DNA from: Squalus acanthias
Lineage: Eukaryota
Assembly (NCBI GenBank): GCA_030390025.1
Contig: CM059432.1
Location: 136,960,001-137,024,000, forward strand
Reading direction: 5' to 3'
DNA length: 64,000 nt
Position 1 is the stretch's first letter; each line of letters starts with the position of its first letter. Positions 63,854-64,000 of this stretch are shown piece by piece. Position numbers and translations under genes: made by a program. The notes beneath the pieces were generated by a model, which was not told the origin of the DNA, searched no databases, and saw only the letters and a program-made list of their open reading frames with translations.

Positions 63854-64000
63854 AAAGAAATGATCAATCTCACTTAATGCCTTCTCTGTTCACAAATAGG
63901 AATTTCACCCCCAGTGAGTCTTTTTTGCAAATCAAAAGACTAACATTCAAAAATGTCAAATGGAATCCAAAATTAACTTAAAGTCTGAGTTTCATCAACA

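Noticed and set aside
1..64000. Prokaryotic systems (CRISPR, operons, retrons) suggested by the RT ORFs
   Set aside because: All RT ORFs belong to eukaryotic non-LTR retrotransposons; there is no regularly spaced repeat array and no gene-dense organisation

Overview
Eukaryotic, not prokaryotic: the repeat content (HE1-like V-SINEs, SacSINE1/DeuSINE-type SINEs, CR1 and L2 LINEs) points to a cartilaginous fish, probably a shark. I could not identify any host protein-coding gene, tRNA gene or rRNA gene, so the window looks intronic or intergenic. It is largely built of nested transposable elements. These include a near-full-length CR1 LINE (esterase ORF1 plus EN/RT ORF2), a near-full-length Zenon-like CR1-group LINE, L2 3' ends, many SINEs, and PIF/Harbinger elements (Myb/SANT and transposase remnants, 3-bp TSDs) with derived MITEs. 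There is also a Tigger-like MITE, two hAT-like MITEs and Penelope-like (PLE) fragments. Most notable: (1) three minimal hammerhead ribozyme motifs in PLE ends, with stem-I covariation between two of them; (2) a ~290-bp exon-like segment copied in inverted orientation between two CR1 tails 33 kb apart; (3) a tentative, highly decayed KDZ/HMGXB3-like transposase fossil in apparently unique DNA at ~47.0-49.5 kb; (4) a MITE inserted head-to-head into a MITE of its own family. Family names come from my recollection of consensus motifs, not from database searches. Boundaries without TSDs are approximate.
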